A DNA stretch of 64,000 nt from an uncultured Bacilli bacterium (GTDB taxonomy: Bacteria; Bacillota_I; Bacilli_A; RF39; UBA660). The stretch spans positions 64,585 through 128,584 of the forward strand of contig CALVJR010000001.1 of assembly GCA_944332295.1 (NCBI GenBank), in the 5' to 3' direction. The position numbers were made by a program, and so were the translations under genes. This document shows, piece after piece, positions 39,570-48,954 of this stretch. A model generated the notes under the pieces. The model was not told where the DNA came from. It saw only the letters and a list, made by a program, of their open reading frames with translations, and did not search any database. The first letter of the stretch is position 1. Each line of letters begins with the position of its first letter.

Positions 39570-41114
39570 TTGCGTACAAAAAATAGTATTTACAATATAT
39601 TATCTAATTTATTTATTGTTTTATTTCAAACAATCATGTTGTTTGTAGTTAGAACTTATTTCATAAAAATACTAGGACAAGAAAACTTAGGATTAAGTGG
39701 ACTATTTACTAATATTTTAAATATTTTATCAGTAACAGAACTAGGGATTGGAACAATAATAAGTTTTAGTCTATATAAACCACTCAGTGAAAAAGATACT
39801 GAAAAAATAAATGCCTTAATGAATTTCTATAAGAAGTTCTACTATCTAGCAGGAATAATAATTACTGTTCTAGGAATATTAATTATTCCATTTTTACCAC
39901 TATTTATAAAAAATTATAGTGGAGATAATGTATATATAATATACTTGCTATATCTAATAAATACATCATTTATTTACTTTGTTGCTTATAAAGAAATATT
40001 AATATTATCAGACCAAAAAAATTATAAACTAACAAATATTAACTTTTTCTTTATATTAGCAATGTATTTATTACAAATCTTTGTATTAGTAAAATTTAAA
40101 AGTTTTGTACTATATCTAGTAGTACAATTCATAATAACTCTATTACAAAAAATATTTATCAATATATATATTACAAAATCTTACCCAGAAGTAGATTTTA
40201 AATCAAAAAATAAATTAGAAAAAAAAACATTGAGAGAAATAAAAGATAACTTAAAAAGTCTATTCTTTAATAAAGTAGGGGAATTACTTATTTTTTGTAC
40301 GGATAATCTTCTAATATCTTCACTAGTAAATTTAGTATCTGTAGGAATTTATTCCAACTATTCCTCAATTATTACCATTACTAGAACCTTAATAAATAGC
40401 ATCTACACAGCAGTAACGGCTAGTTTTGGAGATTTTGCTTTAAAAGCTGATGGAGAAAGTAAGAAAGTAATTTTTGAAATTATGGATTTTGTACGTTTTC
40501 TATTATATGGAATTTGTACCATAGGCTTTTTCTTATTAATTAACTATTTTATTACCTTATGGATAGGTAAAGATTATGTATTTAATACAGTAATTACTTT
40601 TATTATTTGTTTAAACTTCTATCTCATGGGAACCCAGGTATCCCTAGATGTGATAAAACAAGCAATCGGATTTTTCAAAAAAGACCGTTTTATTACCTTA
40701 ATACAAGCAGTATTTAATGTAGTGTTATCTATTATCTTAGGACTAAAGTATGGAATTATTGGAATATTAATCGCAACATCAATCAGTTATATTATTTTAC
40801 CATGTTGGAATAAACCATATTTAATTTATAAATATATCTTTAATTCCTCTGTAAAAAAATATTATGTAAGAGAGTTATTGAATGCTATTGTTTTAGTAAT
40901 AATAGGTATAATATCTTATTATGCAATAGGAATGATAAATATACCAGTCTCTATTATAGGATTCATAGTAGATATTATCGTCGTAATTATGATATTTACA
41001 ATTATAATATCTATCTTCTATTTCAAAACAAAAGAGTATAAGTTTCTATTGAATTTTATCATGGAAAGAATAAAAGGAATAATGAATAGAAAGGGGAGGC
41101 CAGCAAGTGAATAA
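39570..41114 (+). CDS. Wzx-type (MOP superfamily) oligosaccharide flippase
   Basis: 514 aa with about 14 TM helices and a typical polysaccharide-biosynthesis-protein N-terminus. TTG start 7 nt after AGGTGGTGA. Confidence 0.8.
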   Translation: MRTKNSIYNILSNLFIVLFQTIMLFVVRTYFIKILGQENLGLSGLFTNILNILSVTELGIGTIISFSLYKPLSEKDTEKINALMNFYKKFYYLAGIIITVLGILIIPFLPLFIKNYSGDNVYIIYLLYLINTSFIYFVAYKEILILSDQKNYKLTNINFFFILAMYLLQIFVLVKFKSFVLYLVVQFIITLLQKIFINIYITKSYPEVDFKSKNKLEKKTLREIKDNLKSLFFNKVGELLIFCTDNLLISSLVNLVSVGIYSNYSSIITITRTLINSIYTAVTASFGDFALKADGESKKVIFEIMDFVRFLLYGICTIGFFLLINYFITLWIGKDYVFNTVITFIICLNFYLMGTQVSLDVIKQAIGFFKKDRFITLIQAVFNVVLSIILGLKYGIIGILIATSISYIILPCWNKPYLIYKYIFNSSVKKYYVRELLNAIVLVIIGIISYYAIGMINIPVSIIGFIVDIIVVIMIFTIIISIFYFKTKEYKFLLNFIMERIKGIMNRKGRPASE

Positions 41115-43785
41115 AAAAAGATTCTATTATATAATATTAACGATAATATTATGCTTTTTAGTAACTAATGTAAAAGCTATGGAATTAGAAATGAACGGAT
41201 TACAAAGGAATCTACCTACATCAAAAGGGATAGGATTAACTCCTGTAATCGAGTATCAAGCCCATGTTGGAGGCGTAGGTTGGCAAAGTTATGTAGATAC
41301 TGATGAAGTAGCAGGAACCACAGGGCAATCAAAATCATTAGAGGCAATAAGAATAAAGATTACAAGTCGAGGAGGAACATCGGGAAACATTGAATATCAA
41401 GCACATGTTGGAGGCGTAGGCTGGCAAAATTATGTGACAAATGATCATATTGCAGGAACTACGGGACAAGCAAAAGCTCTAGAAGCAGTTAAAGTTAGAC
41501 TAACCGGAGACTTAGCTAATAAATATGATATATACTACCGAGTACATGTTGGCGGAATAGGTTGGCTAGACTGGGCATCTAATGACCAGATAGCAGGTAC
41601 AGTTGGATACAGTAAAAACTTAGAAGCCATAGAAATAAAACTAGTAGAAAAAGGAGCACCTGCTCCAGGTTCAACAAAAACACCAAACATGATTAAACCA
41701 ATTACGGTAATGTATCAAGCGCATGTTGGAGGAGTAGGCTGGCAAGAGTATGTAGAAAATGGAGAAACAGGAGGAACAACTGGACAGTCTAAAGAGCTAG
41801 AAGCACTAAAAATTATGATTGCCAACCAAGGAACTGTAGCAGGAAGTATTGAATATCAAGCACATGTTGGAGGGATTGGCTGGCAAAATTATGTAGGAAC
41901 AAACCAAGTAGCAGGAACGACCGGTCAAGCTAAAGCACTAGAGGCAATAAAAATTAGACTGACTGGAGACCTAGCGAATAAATATGACATCTATTATAGA
42001 GTACATGTCGGAGAAATAGGCTGGTTAGACTGGGCATCAAATGACCAGATTGCCGGTACAGTAGGATATAGTAAAAACTTAGAAGCAATAGAAATAAAAC
42101 TGGTAGAAAAAGGACAAACAGCACCAGGCTCAACACAAACACCAAATATGATAAAGCCAATTACTATCATGTATCAGGCACATGTCGGAGGAATAGGCTG
42201 GCAAGAGTATATGGAAAATGGAGACCTAGCGGGCTCTAGTAATTATAAGAATTCTTTAGAAGCTTTAAAAATGATGGTAGCAAATCAAGGTGATATTGCA
42301 GGAAGTATTGAATATCAAGCACATGTCGGAGGAATAGGCTGGCAAAATTATGTAGGAACAAATCAAATTGCTGGAACAACAGGACAGTCAAAGTCTATAG
42401 AAGCACTAAGGGTAAGATTAACCGGAGACCTAGCGAATAAATATGACATCTATTATCGTGTCTATATGGAAAATGTTGGCTGGCTAGACTGGGCATCTAA
42501 TGATCAAATCGCAGGAAGTGTAGGTTATGGAGAAGAACTAAAAGCCTTAGAAATGAAATTAGTAGAAAAAGGAAAACCTGCTCCAGGAGATACAACAAAT
42601 CCTAATATGATAAAACCAATTACTATTATGTATCAATCATATATTGCAAAAGATGGCTGGCAAGAGTATATGGAAAATGGAGAAACAAGTGGAACAACAG
42701 GAGAAGCCAAATCTTTAGAAGCCTTAAAAATGATGGTAGCAAATCAAGGTGATGTGGCAGGAAGTATCGAATATTCTACACATGTAAGTGGACTAGGCTG
42801 GCAAAACTATGTAGGAACGAATCAAACTTCTGGAATAACAGGTCAAGGAAGAACAATAGAAGCTCTAAGAGTAAGATTAACCGGAGACTTAGCAAATAAA
42901 TATGATATCTACTATAGAGTACATGTTGGAGGGCTTGGTTGGATGACGTGGGCATCCAATGACCAAATTGCAGGTACTAGTGGAGCAGCAAAAAGTATTG
43001 AAGCAATAGAAATGCAACTAGTAGAAAAAGGCAATCCTGCACCAGAAAATATAGGAAATGCAACAGATAAACCATATCTAGAAGCATACTGGGTAGTCGA
43101 TGAAGAAGGAAAAAAATATTACTACGACCTATACGGAAACCTAGTAGCTGGCGGGGGATATTTAATAGGAGATACTATGCATTATTTTGGCCCTACAGGA
43201 GTATATTTAGGAACAGAGAACTTACTAGTAATCGATGTATCAGCACATCAGAAAAAAATAGATTGGGAACAAGTAGCAAGAAGTGGTATCTATGGTGTAA
43301 TCATAAGAATATCTGCAGGCTGTGATTATGAAGATAGTGAATTAAAGAATAACATTGAGGGTGTAAAAAAATATAATATTCCATATGGAATTTATATCTA
43401 TAGTTATGCAGAAAACTATGCCGAAGGAGTATTATATGGACAATTCACTCAAAGAATAATAAATAAATATCAAATGAATCCTACTCTAGGAATTTACCTA
43501 GATTTAGAAAAAAATGGAATTACAGAATACATGGGACCAAACGAATATACACAAGTAGTACAAGGATTTATGTCTGTATTACCACATGCAGAAATATATA
43601 CTTATACAAATTATGCAAATAATCAATTAAATACACCATATCTTAGATCATATATTACCTGGATTGCTCATTATGCAGAAAGTTGTGGATATACAGGAAG
43701 TTATAAGATGTGGCAATACACAAGTGATGGAAGTCTTCCAGGAATAAATGGAAGAGTAGATATGAATATTTTATATAGCATATAA
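41107..43785 (+). CDS. Secreted muramidase: 12 ChW repeats + cell-wall-binding repeats + GH25 lysozyme domain
   Basis: Signal peptide and 12 copies of the ChW pattern (Y[QR][AV]HV.G.GW...V.....AGT.G..K.[LI]EA[IL]). YYYDLYGNLVAGG-type repeats follow. The GH25 core reads VIDVSAHQKKIDWEQV...GVIIRI...YGIYIYSYA. GTG start 7 nt after GGGGAGG, overlapping the wzx 3' end. Confidence 0.88.
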   Translation: MNKKRFYYIILTIILCFLVTNVKAMELEMNGLQRNLPTSKGIGLTPVIEYQAHVGGVGWQSYVDTDEVAGTTGQSKSLEAIRIKITSRGGTSGNIEYQAHVGGVGWQNYVTNDHIAGTTGQAKALEAVKVRLTGDLANKYDIYYRVHVGGIGWLDWASNDQIAGTVGYSKNLEAIEIKLVEKGAPAPGSTKTPNMIKPITVMYQAHVGGVGWQEYVENGETGGTTGQSKELEALKIMIANQGTVAGSIEYQAHVGGIGWQNYVGTNQVAGTTGQAKALEAIKIRLTGDLANKYDIYYRVHVGEIGWLDWASNDQIAGTVGYSKNLEAIEIKLVEKGQTAPGSTQTPNMIKPITIMYQAHVGGIGWQEYMENGDLAGSSNYKNSLEALKMMVANQGDIAGSIEYQAHVGGIGWQNYVGTNQIAGTTGQSKSIEALRVRLTGDLANKYDIYYRVYMENVGWLDWASNDQIAGSVGYGEELKALEMKLVEKGKPAPGDTTNPNMIKPITIMYQSYIAKDGWQEYMENGETSGTTGEAKSLEALKMMVANQGDVAGSIEYSTHVSGLGWQNYVGTNQTSGITGQGRTIEALRVRLTGDLANKYDIYYRVHVGGLGWMTWASNDQIAGTSGAAKSIEAIEMQLVEKGNPAPENIGNATDKPYLEAYWVVDEEGKKYYYDLYGNLVAGGGYLIGDTMHYFGPTGVYLGTENLLVIDVSAHQKKIDWEQVARSGIYGVIIRISAGCDYEDSELKNNIEGVKKYNIPYGIYIYSYAENYAEGVLYGQFTQRIINKYQMNPTLGIYLDLEKNGITEYMGPNEYTQVVQGFMSVLPHAEIYTYTNYANNQLNTPYLRSYITWIAHYAESCGYTGSYKMWQYTSDGSLPGINGRVDMNILYSI
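41248..43023 (+). repeat. Tandem coding repeats: 4 super-units (~480 nt) each of 3 ChW modules
   Basis: Long stretches recur nearly verbatim, e.g. GGAGACCTAGCGAATAAATATGACATCTATTAT at about 41965 and 42425, and LTGDLANKYDIYYRV occurs four times. Confidence 0.85.
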
Positions 43786-43786
43786 A

Positions 43787-43812
43787 AAGAGTCTGGTTTT
43801 CCAGACTCTTTT
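43787..43812. terminator. Bidirectional terminator between convergent genes
   Basis: AAGAGTCTGG-TTTT-CCAGACTCTT, a perfect 10-bp stem flanked by A-rich and T-rich runs. Confidence 0.85.
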
Positions 43813-45379
43813 AAGCTATATGTTTATTATAAAATGTAGATTTTCGTGGTAAGTTTTTATTAATATATTTGTTTCCATAAATTTCACTTAGGGTCTTCTT
43901 ACAACTAAATAAATTAGTACCTAGTCCTAATTTATTACCATCAATTTTAACTCCCAGACTAGCAAGTGTAGTAGGGAAGAAATCAAAGGTAGAAAATTCT
44001 CTATTTTTATTACAGTCAGTACGAATAGCAGGATTAAGATAAACATTATATACAGTTCTTATATAATCATCATCTAAATCAGTGAAAGTAGCTTTATTCA
44101 TACTTAGGTGATCTCCTGTTAAAATAACAGTTGTATCCTTATAAAAATCTTGTTCTTGAATCCATTCTACAAACTCACCCAATTGACTACTAGAACAAGC
44201 AATAGAATTTAAATAAGAATCATCATATTTATTTTCACAAAAATCACTCGTATAGCCACCAACTGCATGCGTATCAACTGTTAACATAGTAAAGTTAAAC
44301 GGTTCATCATTAGAAGAAATCTCAGTTAATTTTTCTTTTGCCCAATTAAATAATTTGTAATCTTCAAGGCCCCACCAAACATAATAATCTTCATCAATAA
44401 CACCTTCATCAATAGCAGTATTATAATCAAACATAGTATAGTCACCGTGACTAGACAAATAAGCTTCTCTTCCTCCAAATTCAATATCAGAACCAACCAT
44501 CATATAATTTTGATATCCATTATCTTTTAAAATATCACCTAAAGAATAAACTTTATCAACAACACCCTGACTATAATACTCACTACTATTAGCATCAAGG
44601 GAAGTTTTAATAGGAACACCAGCAGTAGATGCAACTAATGCTCCTGTAGTCCAAGTAGTACCATATAATGGAACAGCACCCCCCATTTTATTAGTATAAG
44701 AGAAACTAAGATTCTCTTTAGCTAATCGAGTTAATTCTGGCATATAATTAATATCAAAAGCACCACCATTTGCTTTATTAGCATAAGTATTTTCCATAGA
44801 TTCCAAATAAATATAAATTAAATTACGTTTCTTATTAGGAAAAGTAAATTCAACATCTTCTGGAGCAACATATTCTAATTTAATAAAATCTGAAGTTTTA
44901 GAATTAGAGATAAGATAATCAAAAATATATAATTTACTCATCGTATAATAAGCTGAAAAAAGAAGAAATACAACAGGGAAAATAATAAAGATAAATTTCC
45001 CAATCTTCTTTAATTTAATATTGGATATGGATTTATGAAATAACTCAATATCCCAAACAAAATTAGAATTTCTAAATATATATTTAATAATTCTATAAAT
45101 AATATAAAAACCTAATACAATAAAGATTGGAATAATAACATTACTAGATATAAAATCCTCAACAACTCCTGAACCAGCCTTAGTAACAGAAGAGTTTAAT
45201 GTATATAAAATTTGATTAAAAGAATCAAATCCATAATTACTAATAGCCCAGTTAGTTCCAAAAATTAATATAAAAGAAATAGATAAAAGAAGTAAATATA
45301 AAATAACTAATAATATTTTAGCGACTTTTCTTAGTACTTTTTTGCTTTTTACTTTTTTCTCTGGTACTGCTTTTTTCAT
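43811..45379 (-). CDS. LtaS/sulfatase-family phosphoglycerol (or phosphosugar) transferase, second copy (GacH-like context)
   Basis: Three TM helices, then a sulfatase-fold domain (NLIYIYLESME...GTTWTTGALVASTAGVP...HAVGG...ILTGDH). Own RBS AAGGGTG. Confidence 0.85.
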   Translation of the reverse strand: MKKAVPEKKVKSKKVLRKVAKILLVILYLLLLSISFILIFGTNWAISNYGFDSFNQILYTLNSSVTKAGSGVVEDFISSNVIIPIFIVLGFYIIYRIIKYIFRNSNFVWDIELFHKSISNIKLKKIGKFIFIIFPVVFLLFSAYYTMSKLYIFDYLISNSKTSDFIKLEYVAPEDVEFTFPNKKRNLIYIYLESMENTYANKANGGAFDINYMPELTRLAKENLSFSYTNKMGGAVPLYGTTWTTGALVASTAGVPIKTSLDANSSEYYSQGVVDKVYSLGDILKDNGYQNYMMVGSDIEFGGREAYLSSHGDYTMFDYNTAIDEGVIDEDYYVWWGLEDYKLFNWAKEKLTEISSNDEPFNFTMLTVDTHAVGGYTSDFCENKYDDSYLNSIACSSSQLGEFVEWIQEQDFYKDTTVILTGDHLSMNKATFTDLDDDYIRTVYNVYLNPAIRTDCNKNREFSTFDFFPTTLASLGVKIDGNKLGLGTNLFSCKKTLSEIYGNKYINKNLPRKSTFYNKHIA

Positions 45380-45743
45380 TACTTACACCCTTTACTTCAA
45401 CTTCTTTTTTCTCATCTTTTATCTTTTCTTTTTCTACTTCCTTAATTTCAACATTAATAGAAAATGCTCCTCTAAAACATTTACTAATATATGGTAAAAT
45501 AATAGAGATAATAAAGCTAATCCACATATATTTTGTACAAAATTGATAAGTAAAAATTTCATTATTATAAAACCATACATTGCTTTCAATAAAACAAAAA
45601 ATAGTATTCATAAATAGGGTAATAATAAATAAATATCCTCCATACATGAGTACTAAATCACGAATAGATTTCTTTGAATGGTTAATTTTTTCATCAATAA
45701 TAACTGAAATAATAGCTGGTAAAAATATACAAATATAAAACAT
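45318..45743 (-). CDS. Small membrane protein with Lys/Glu-rich tail
   Basis: 141 aa with 3-4 TM helices. RBS GGAGGA 7 nt upstream. 3' end overlaps the LtaS-like gene by 62 nt in another frame. Confidence 0.6.
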   Translation of the reverse strand: MFYICIFLPAIISVIIDEKINHSKKSIRDLVLMYGGYLFIITLFMNTIFCFIESNVWFYNNEIFTYQFCTKYMWISFIISIILPYISKCFRGAFSINVEIKEVEKEKIKDEKKEVEVKGVSNEKSSTREKSKKQKSTKKSR

Positions 45744-45884
45744 CTAACTTCCTCCAAACTCCCTATAGGGAAAATAACATCCATATTATACCATAAAATA
45801 ATAGATTTTGGTAGTAAAACAATAAAGAATTTACAAATTTCATAAGAAGTGATAAAATGAAATAGCAAAAATAAGGGAGAAAAT

Positions 45885-47018
45885 ATGCAGGAAAAGACAA
45901 CCAGAAAATCAAATTTTGAACTTCTTAGAATAGTATCCATGTTTTTCATTGTACTATATCATACGATAATACATGGTCATGTAATAGAAAACAGCACAAA
46001 TCCAGGACTAACAATGATATCAAATCTATTATTATTTATATGTATAGTACATGTAAATTCCTATGTATTAGTATCTGGATATTTTCAATCTAAAAGTACA
46101 TGTAAACAATCAAAAGTTTGGTCACTTATCAATGCCGACTGGTTTTATAGAGTAATAATTGTAATAATACTAACTAGTATAGGAGCAATATCATTATCAA
46201 AAGTAGAATTTCTAAAACAACTTTTCATTATAGATATTACCGATTCCTACTGGTTTGTTAAATTCTATATTGCCATATATTTACTTAGTCCATTTTTAAA
46301 TAAACTAATAGAAGGATTAAATAAAAAAGAATATAATAAACTATTAATCATATTAACAGTTCTATTATCGATAATTCCATATCTTACAGGAGAACAAGGC
46401 TTTAGTAACAATGGTTTTACCATACAGCACTTTATCTATTTATATTTAATAGGTGGTTACTTAAGAAAATTTCCAATAGGAGAACTTGTTATATTTAAGA
46501 AATATTCTAAACAAGTAGTTTGTCTAATAATATTTTTTAGTTGTGCAATATTAAATTACATAATTTATAGATCATCTCAGTCATTAAATAATGTGAATAG
46601 TTTAGTAAATGATATAACAAATAATCTAATATTAATGAGTAGAGCATATAGTAATCCAATAATCATGTTACAAACAGTTGCATTTGTATTATTTTTTGAA
46701 ACATTAGATATACACAGTAAAATAATTAACAATCTAGCAAAATTAACACTAGGTATTTATCTAATTCATGATAATTCGTTAGTAAGAGGAGTGCTATATC
46801 AATGGTTAAAAATAGATGATGGTCCAGTTTCTAATTATAGTTTTATTTTATATATATTTATAAATGCTATTGCAATTTACATTGTTTGTTCTCTAATAGA
46901 ATGGATAAGACAAAAAATATTTCTATTGATTTATAATAGAAAAATATCAAAAAAAATTAGAGATAAATATTATAATTGGTTCTCTAATTTGTGTACAATA
47001 GATAGTAGAGAATCATAA
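45885..47018 (+). CDS. Acyltransferase-3 family membrane O-acyltransferase
   Basis: N-terminal SNFELLRIVSMFFIVLYHTIIHG and about 10 TM helices. RBS AGGGAG. Confidence 0.85.
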   Translation: MQEKTTRKSNFELLRIVSMFFIVLYHTIIHGHVIENSTNPGLTMISNLLLFICIVHVNSYVLVSGYFQSKSTCKQSKVWSLINADWFYRVIIVIILTSIGAISLSKVEFLKQLFIIDITDSYWFVKFYIAIYLLSPFLNKLIEGLNKKEYNKLLIILTVLLSIIPYLTGEQGFSNNGFTIQHFIYLYLIGGYLRKFPIGELVIFKKYSKQVVCLIIFFSCAILNYIIYRSSQSLNNVNSLVNDITNNLILMSRAYSNPIIMLQTVAFVLFFETLDIHSKIINNLAKLTLGIYLIHDNSLVRGVLYQWLKIDDGPVSNYSFILYIFINAIAIYIVCSLIEWIRQKIFLLIYNRKISKKIRDKYYNWFSNLCTIDSRES

Positions 47019-47042
47019 AAAAGCAAGAGAAGAAGTATAATA

Positions 47043-47071
47043 TTACTAATATTGCCATAATGTGGTATAAT
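47043..47071 (+). promoter_or_regulatory. Promoter of the lipid-kinase gene
   Basis: TTACTA, 17-nt spacer, extended -10 TGgTATAAT (47063-47071). Confidence 0.55.
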
Positions 47072-47094
47072 AACTGTATCAAGGAGCGATGCCC

Positions 47095-48015
47095 ATGAAA
47101 AAATGTATCATTATAATGAATCCAGAAAGCGGAAAAGTAAAAAGTCTTGGAAGTAAAAAAGAATTTTATGATATATTAAGAAAGCATGGATATGATGCTG
47201 AAATCAGATATACGAAAGCAAAAAAAGATGCTATCAGAATTGTAGGAGAATTAGAAGACGATGTAGACTTAGTGATTAGTGCTGGAGGAGACGGAACTTT
47301 AAATGAAGTAGTAACAGGAAATTTAAAAAGAGAAAATAAATTAACTCTAGCCAATCTACCCATGGGAACTACAAATGATGTTGCTAATATGTATGGTTAT
47401 ACCAAGAATTATCAAAAAGATTTAGAATTGTTACTAAATGGAGTAAGAAAAAAAGTAGACGTTTGTTATATTGATAACACTCCATTTGTATATGTTGCTT
47501 GTCTTGGTGACTACATAGATATGGCCTATAATACTCCTAGAGATTTAAAAAAGAAGTATGGAAAAATTGCTTATATTTTGTATGGATTAAGACAATTAAG
47601 AAATCATATTCATCGCTATCGAGTAAAATATAAAGTAGATGGAGTAGAACACGAAGGCCAGTATTCTTTCTTTTTTATCACAAACTCATCCCGCGTCGCT
47701 GGAGTAGATGATATTTATTATGATGTAAAAATGGATGATAAAATGTTTGAAGTAGCATTAGCCAATCCCAAAACTAAAGCGGATATTTTAAGAATGCTAG
47801 TTCAAGTAACCATGAAAGATGTAAAAGAAGTACCAGGGATTACTTATTATCAAACCAATGATTTTGAAATAGAATTTTTAGATAGACCAAAGACATCTTG
47901 GTGTATTGATGGAGAAGAATATACCTCTCCTAATTTAACATTTAATTTTAAAGTAGATCAAAAGATTAAAATGTTAATACCTAAAATAAATGCCAAAAAA
48001 TTATTTGAAGAATAA
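47095..48015 (+). CDS. Diacylglycerol/lipid kinase family protein (DagK/YegS-like)
   Basis: IIIMNPESG...ISAGGDGTLNEVVTG...LPMGTTNDVA motifs. ATG 47095 lies 8 nt after AAGGAG. Confidence 0.9.
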   Translation: MKKCIIIMNPESGKVKSLGSKKEFYDILRKHGYDAEIRYTKAKKDAIRIVGELEDDVDLVISAGGDGTLNEVVTGNLKRENKLTLANLPMGTTNDVANMYGYTKNYQKDLELLLNGVRKKVDVCYIDNTPFVYVACLGDYIDMAYNTPRDLKKKYGKIAYILYGLRQLRNHIHRYRVKYKVDGVEHEGQYSFFFITNSSRVAGVDDIYYDVKMDDKMFEVALANPKTKADILRMLVQVTMKDVKEVPGITYYQTNDFEIEFLDRPKTSWCIDGEEYTSPNLTFNFKVDQKIKMLIPKINAKKLFEE

Positions 48016-48025
48016 GGAGTATGAG

Positions 48026-48829
48026 ATGCCAGAAAAAAATAAAGTGCAAAGTAAAAAAGAGCGTCGTATCAATATTACAGTATATTTAGTATTAAGATTT
48101 TTAGTAATTATATGTATGGTAGAACAAGCTCTAAAAGGAAATTGGCATGCCGTTGCATTATGTTTTTTAACACTAATATTATTTACAGTTCCAACAGTAG
48201 TCTCAAAGACATTTAAAGTAAAATTACCAACCACCTTAGAAATAATAGTTTATCTTTTTATTTATGCTGCAGAAATATTAGGAGAAATTCAAAATTTTTA
48301 TGGAATATTTAAACACTGGGATACCATATTACATACACTAAATAGTTTCCTAGCAGCCGCAGTAGGTTTTTCACTAATAGATATATTAAATAGAACAGAA
48401 CGATTTCATATTAAAATGACACCAATTTTTGTTGCTTTAGTTGCATTTTGCTTTTCAATGACCATAGGTGTTCTTTGGGAATTTGGTGAATTTGCTGCTG
48501 ACAGATATTTTAGGTTAGATATGCAAAAAGACAGAGTAGTACAAAAAATATCATCAGTAAAGCTAAATAAAGAAAATAAAAATGATTCGGTAATAATAGA
48601 TAATATTAATAAAACAGAAATTTATAGTGATAACAATCAAAAAATAACCACGGTAGAAAATGGCTATCTGGATTTAGGTATCATAGACACAATGAAAGAT
48701 TTAATTGTAAACTTTGTTGGAGCCTTAGTATTCTCTATCTTAGGATTCTTATATATTAAAGATCGTGATGAATATAATTTTATAGAACGGTTTATACCAG
48801 TAATGAAAAAATTTAAAGAAGAAACTTGA
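48026..48829 (+). CDS. Polytopic membrane protein, function unknown
   Basis: About 6 TM helices. ATG 48026 lies 6 nt after AAGGAG; the tracked start 47990 lies inside the upstream gene. Confidence 0.7.
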   Translation: MPEKNKVQSKKERRINITVYLVLRFLVIICMVEQALKGNWHAVALCFLTLILFTVPTVVSKTFKVKLPTTLEIIVYLFIYAAEILGEIQNFYGIFKHWDTILHTLNSFLAAAVGFSLIDILNRTERFHIKMTPIFVALVAFCFSMTIGVLWEFGEFAADRYFRLDMQKDRVVQKISSVKLNKENKNDSVIIDNINKTEIYSDNNQKITTVENGYLDLGIIDTMKDLIVNFVGALVFSILGFLYIKDRDEYNFIERFIPVMKKFKEET

Positions 48830-48869
48830 ATCAATCGAAAAGAACTATTAGCAAATGTTAATAGTTTTT

Positions 48870-48902
48870 TGTCGAACGAATTTTTTGTCATCATTTGTCG
48901 AA
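48870..48902 (+). promoter_or_regulatory. Two perfect Spo0A boxes (TGTCGAA) upstream of the spoIIAA-like gene
   Basis: TGTCGAA at 48870-48876 and 48896-48902 (26-bp centre-to-centre), with a half-match TGTCATC at 48886. The 0A-box consensus is TGNCGAA. Confidence 0.55.
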
Positions 48903-48954
48903 ACAGTAGAAATTAAATTAAAATTAATTTATAGTGCTATCAAGAGGTGATCTT

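Noticed and set aside
45318-45379. Possibility that the 141-aa ORF and the LtaS-like ORF are one gene split by a frameshift.
   Set aside because: The downstream ORF has its own RBS and a basic N-terminus. Its 3-TM topology places the catalytic domain outside, so it is self-consistent. Retained only as a low-priority check.
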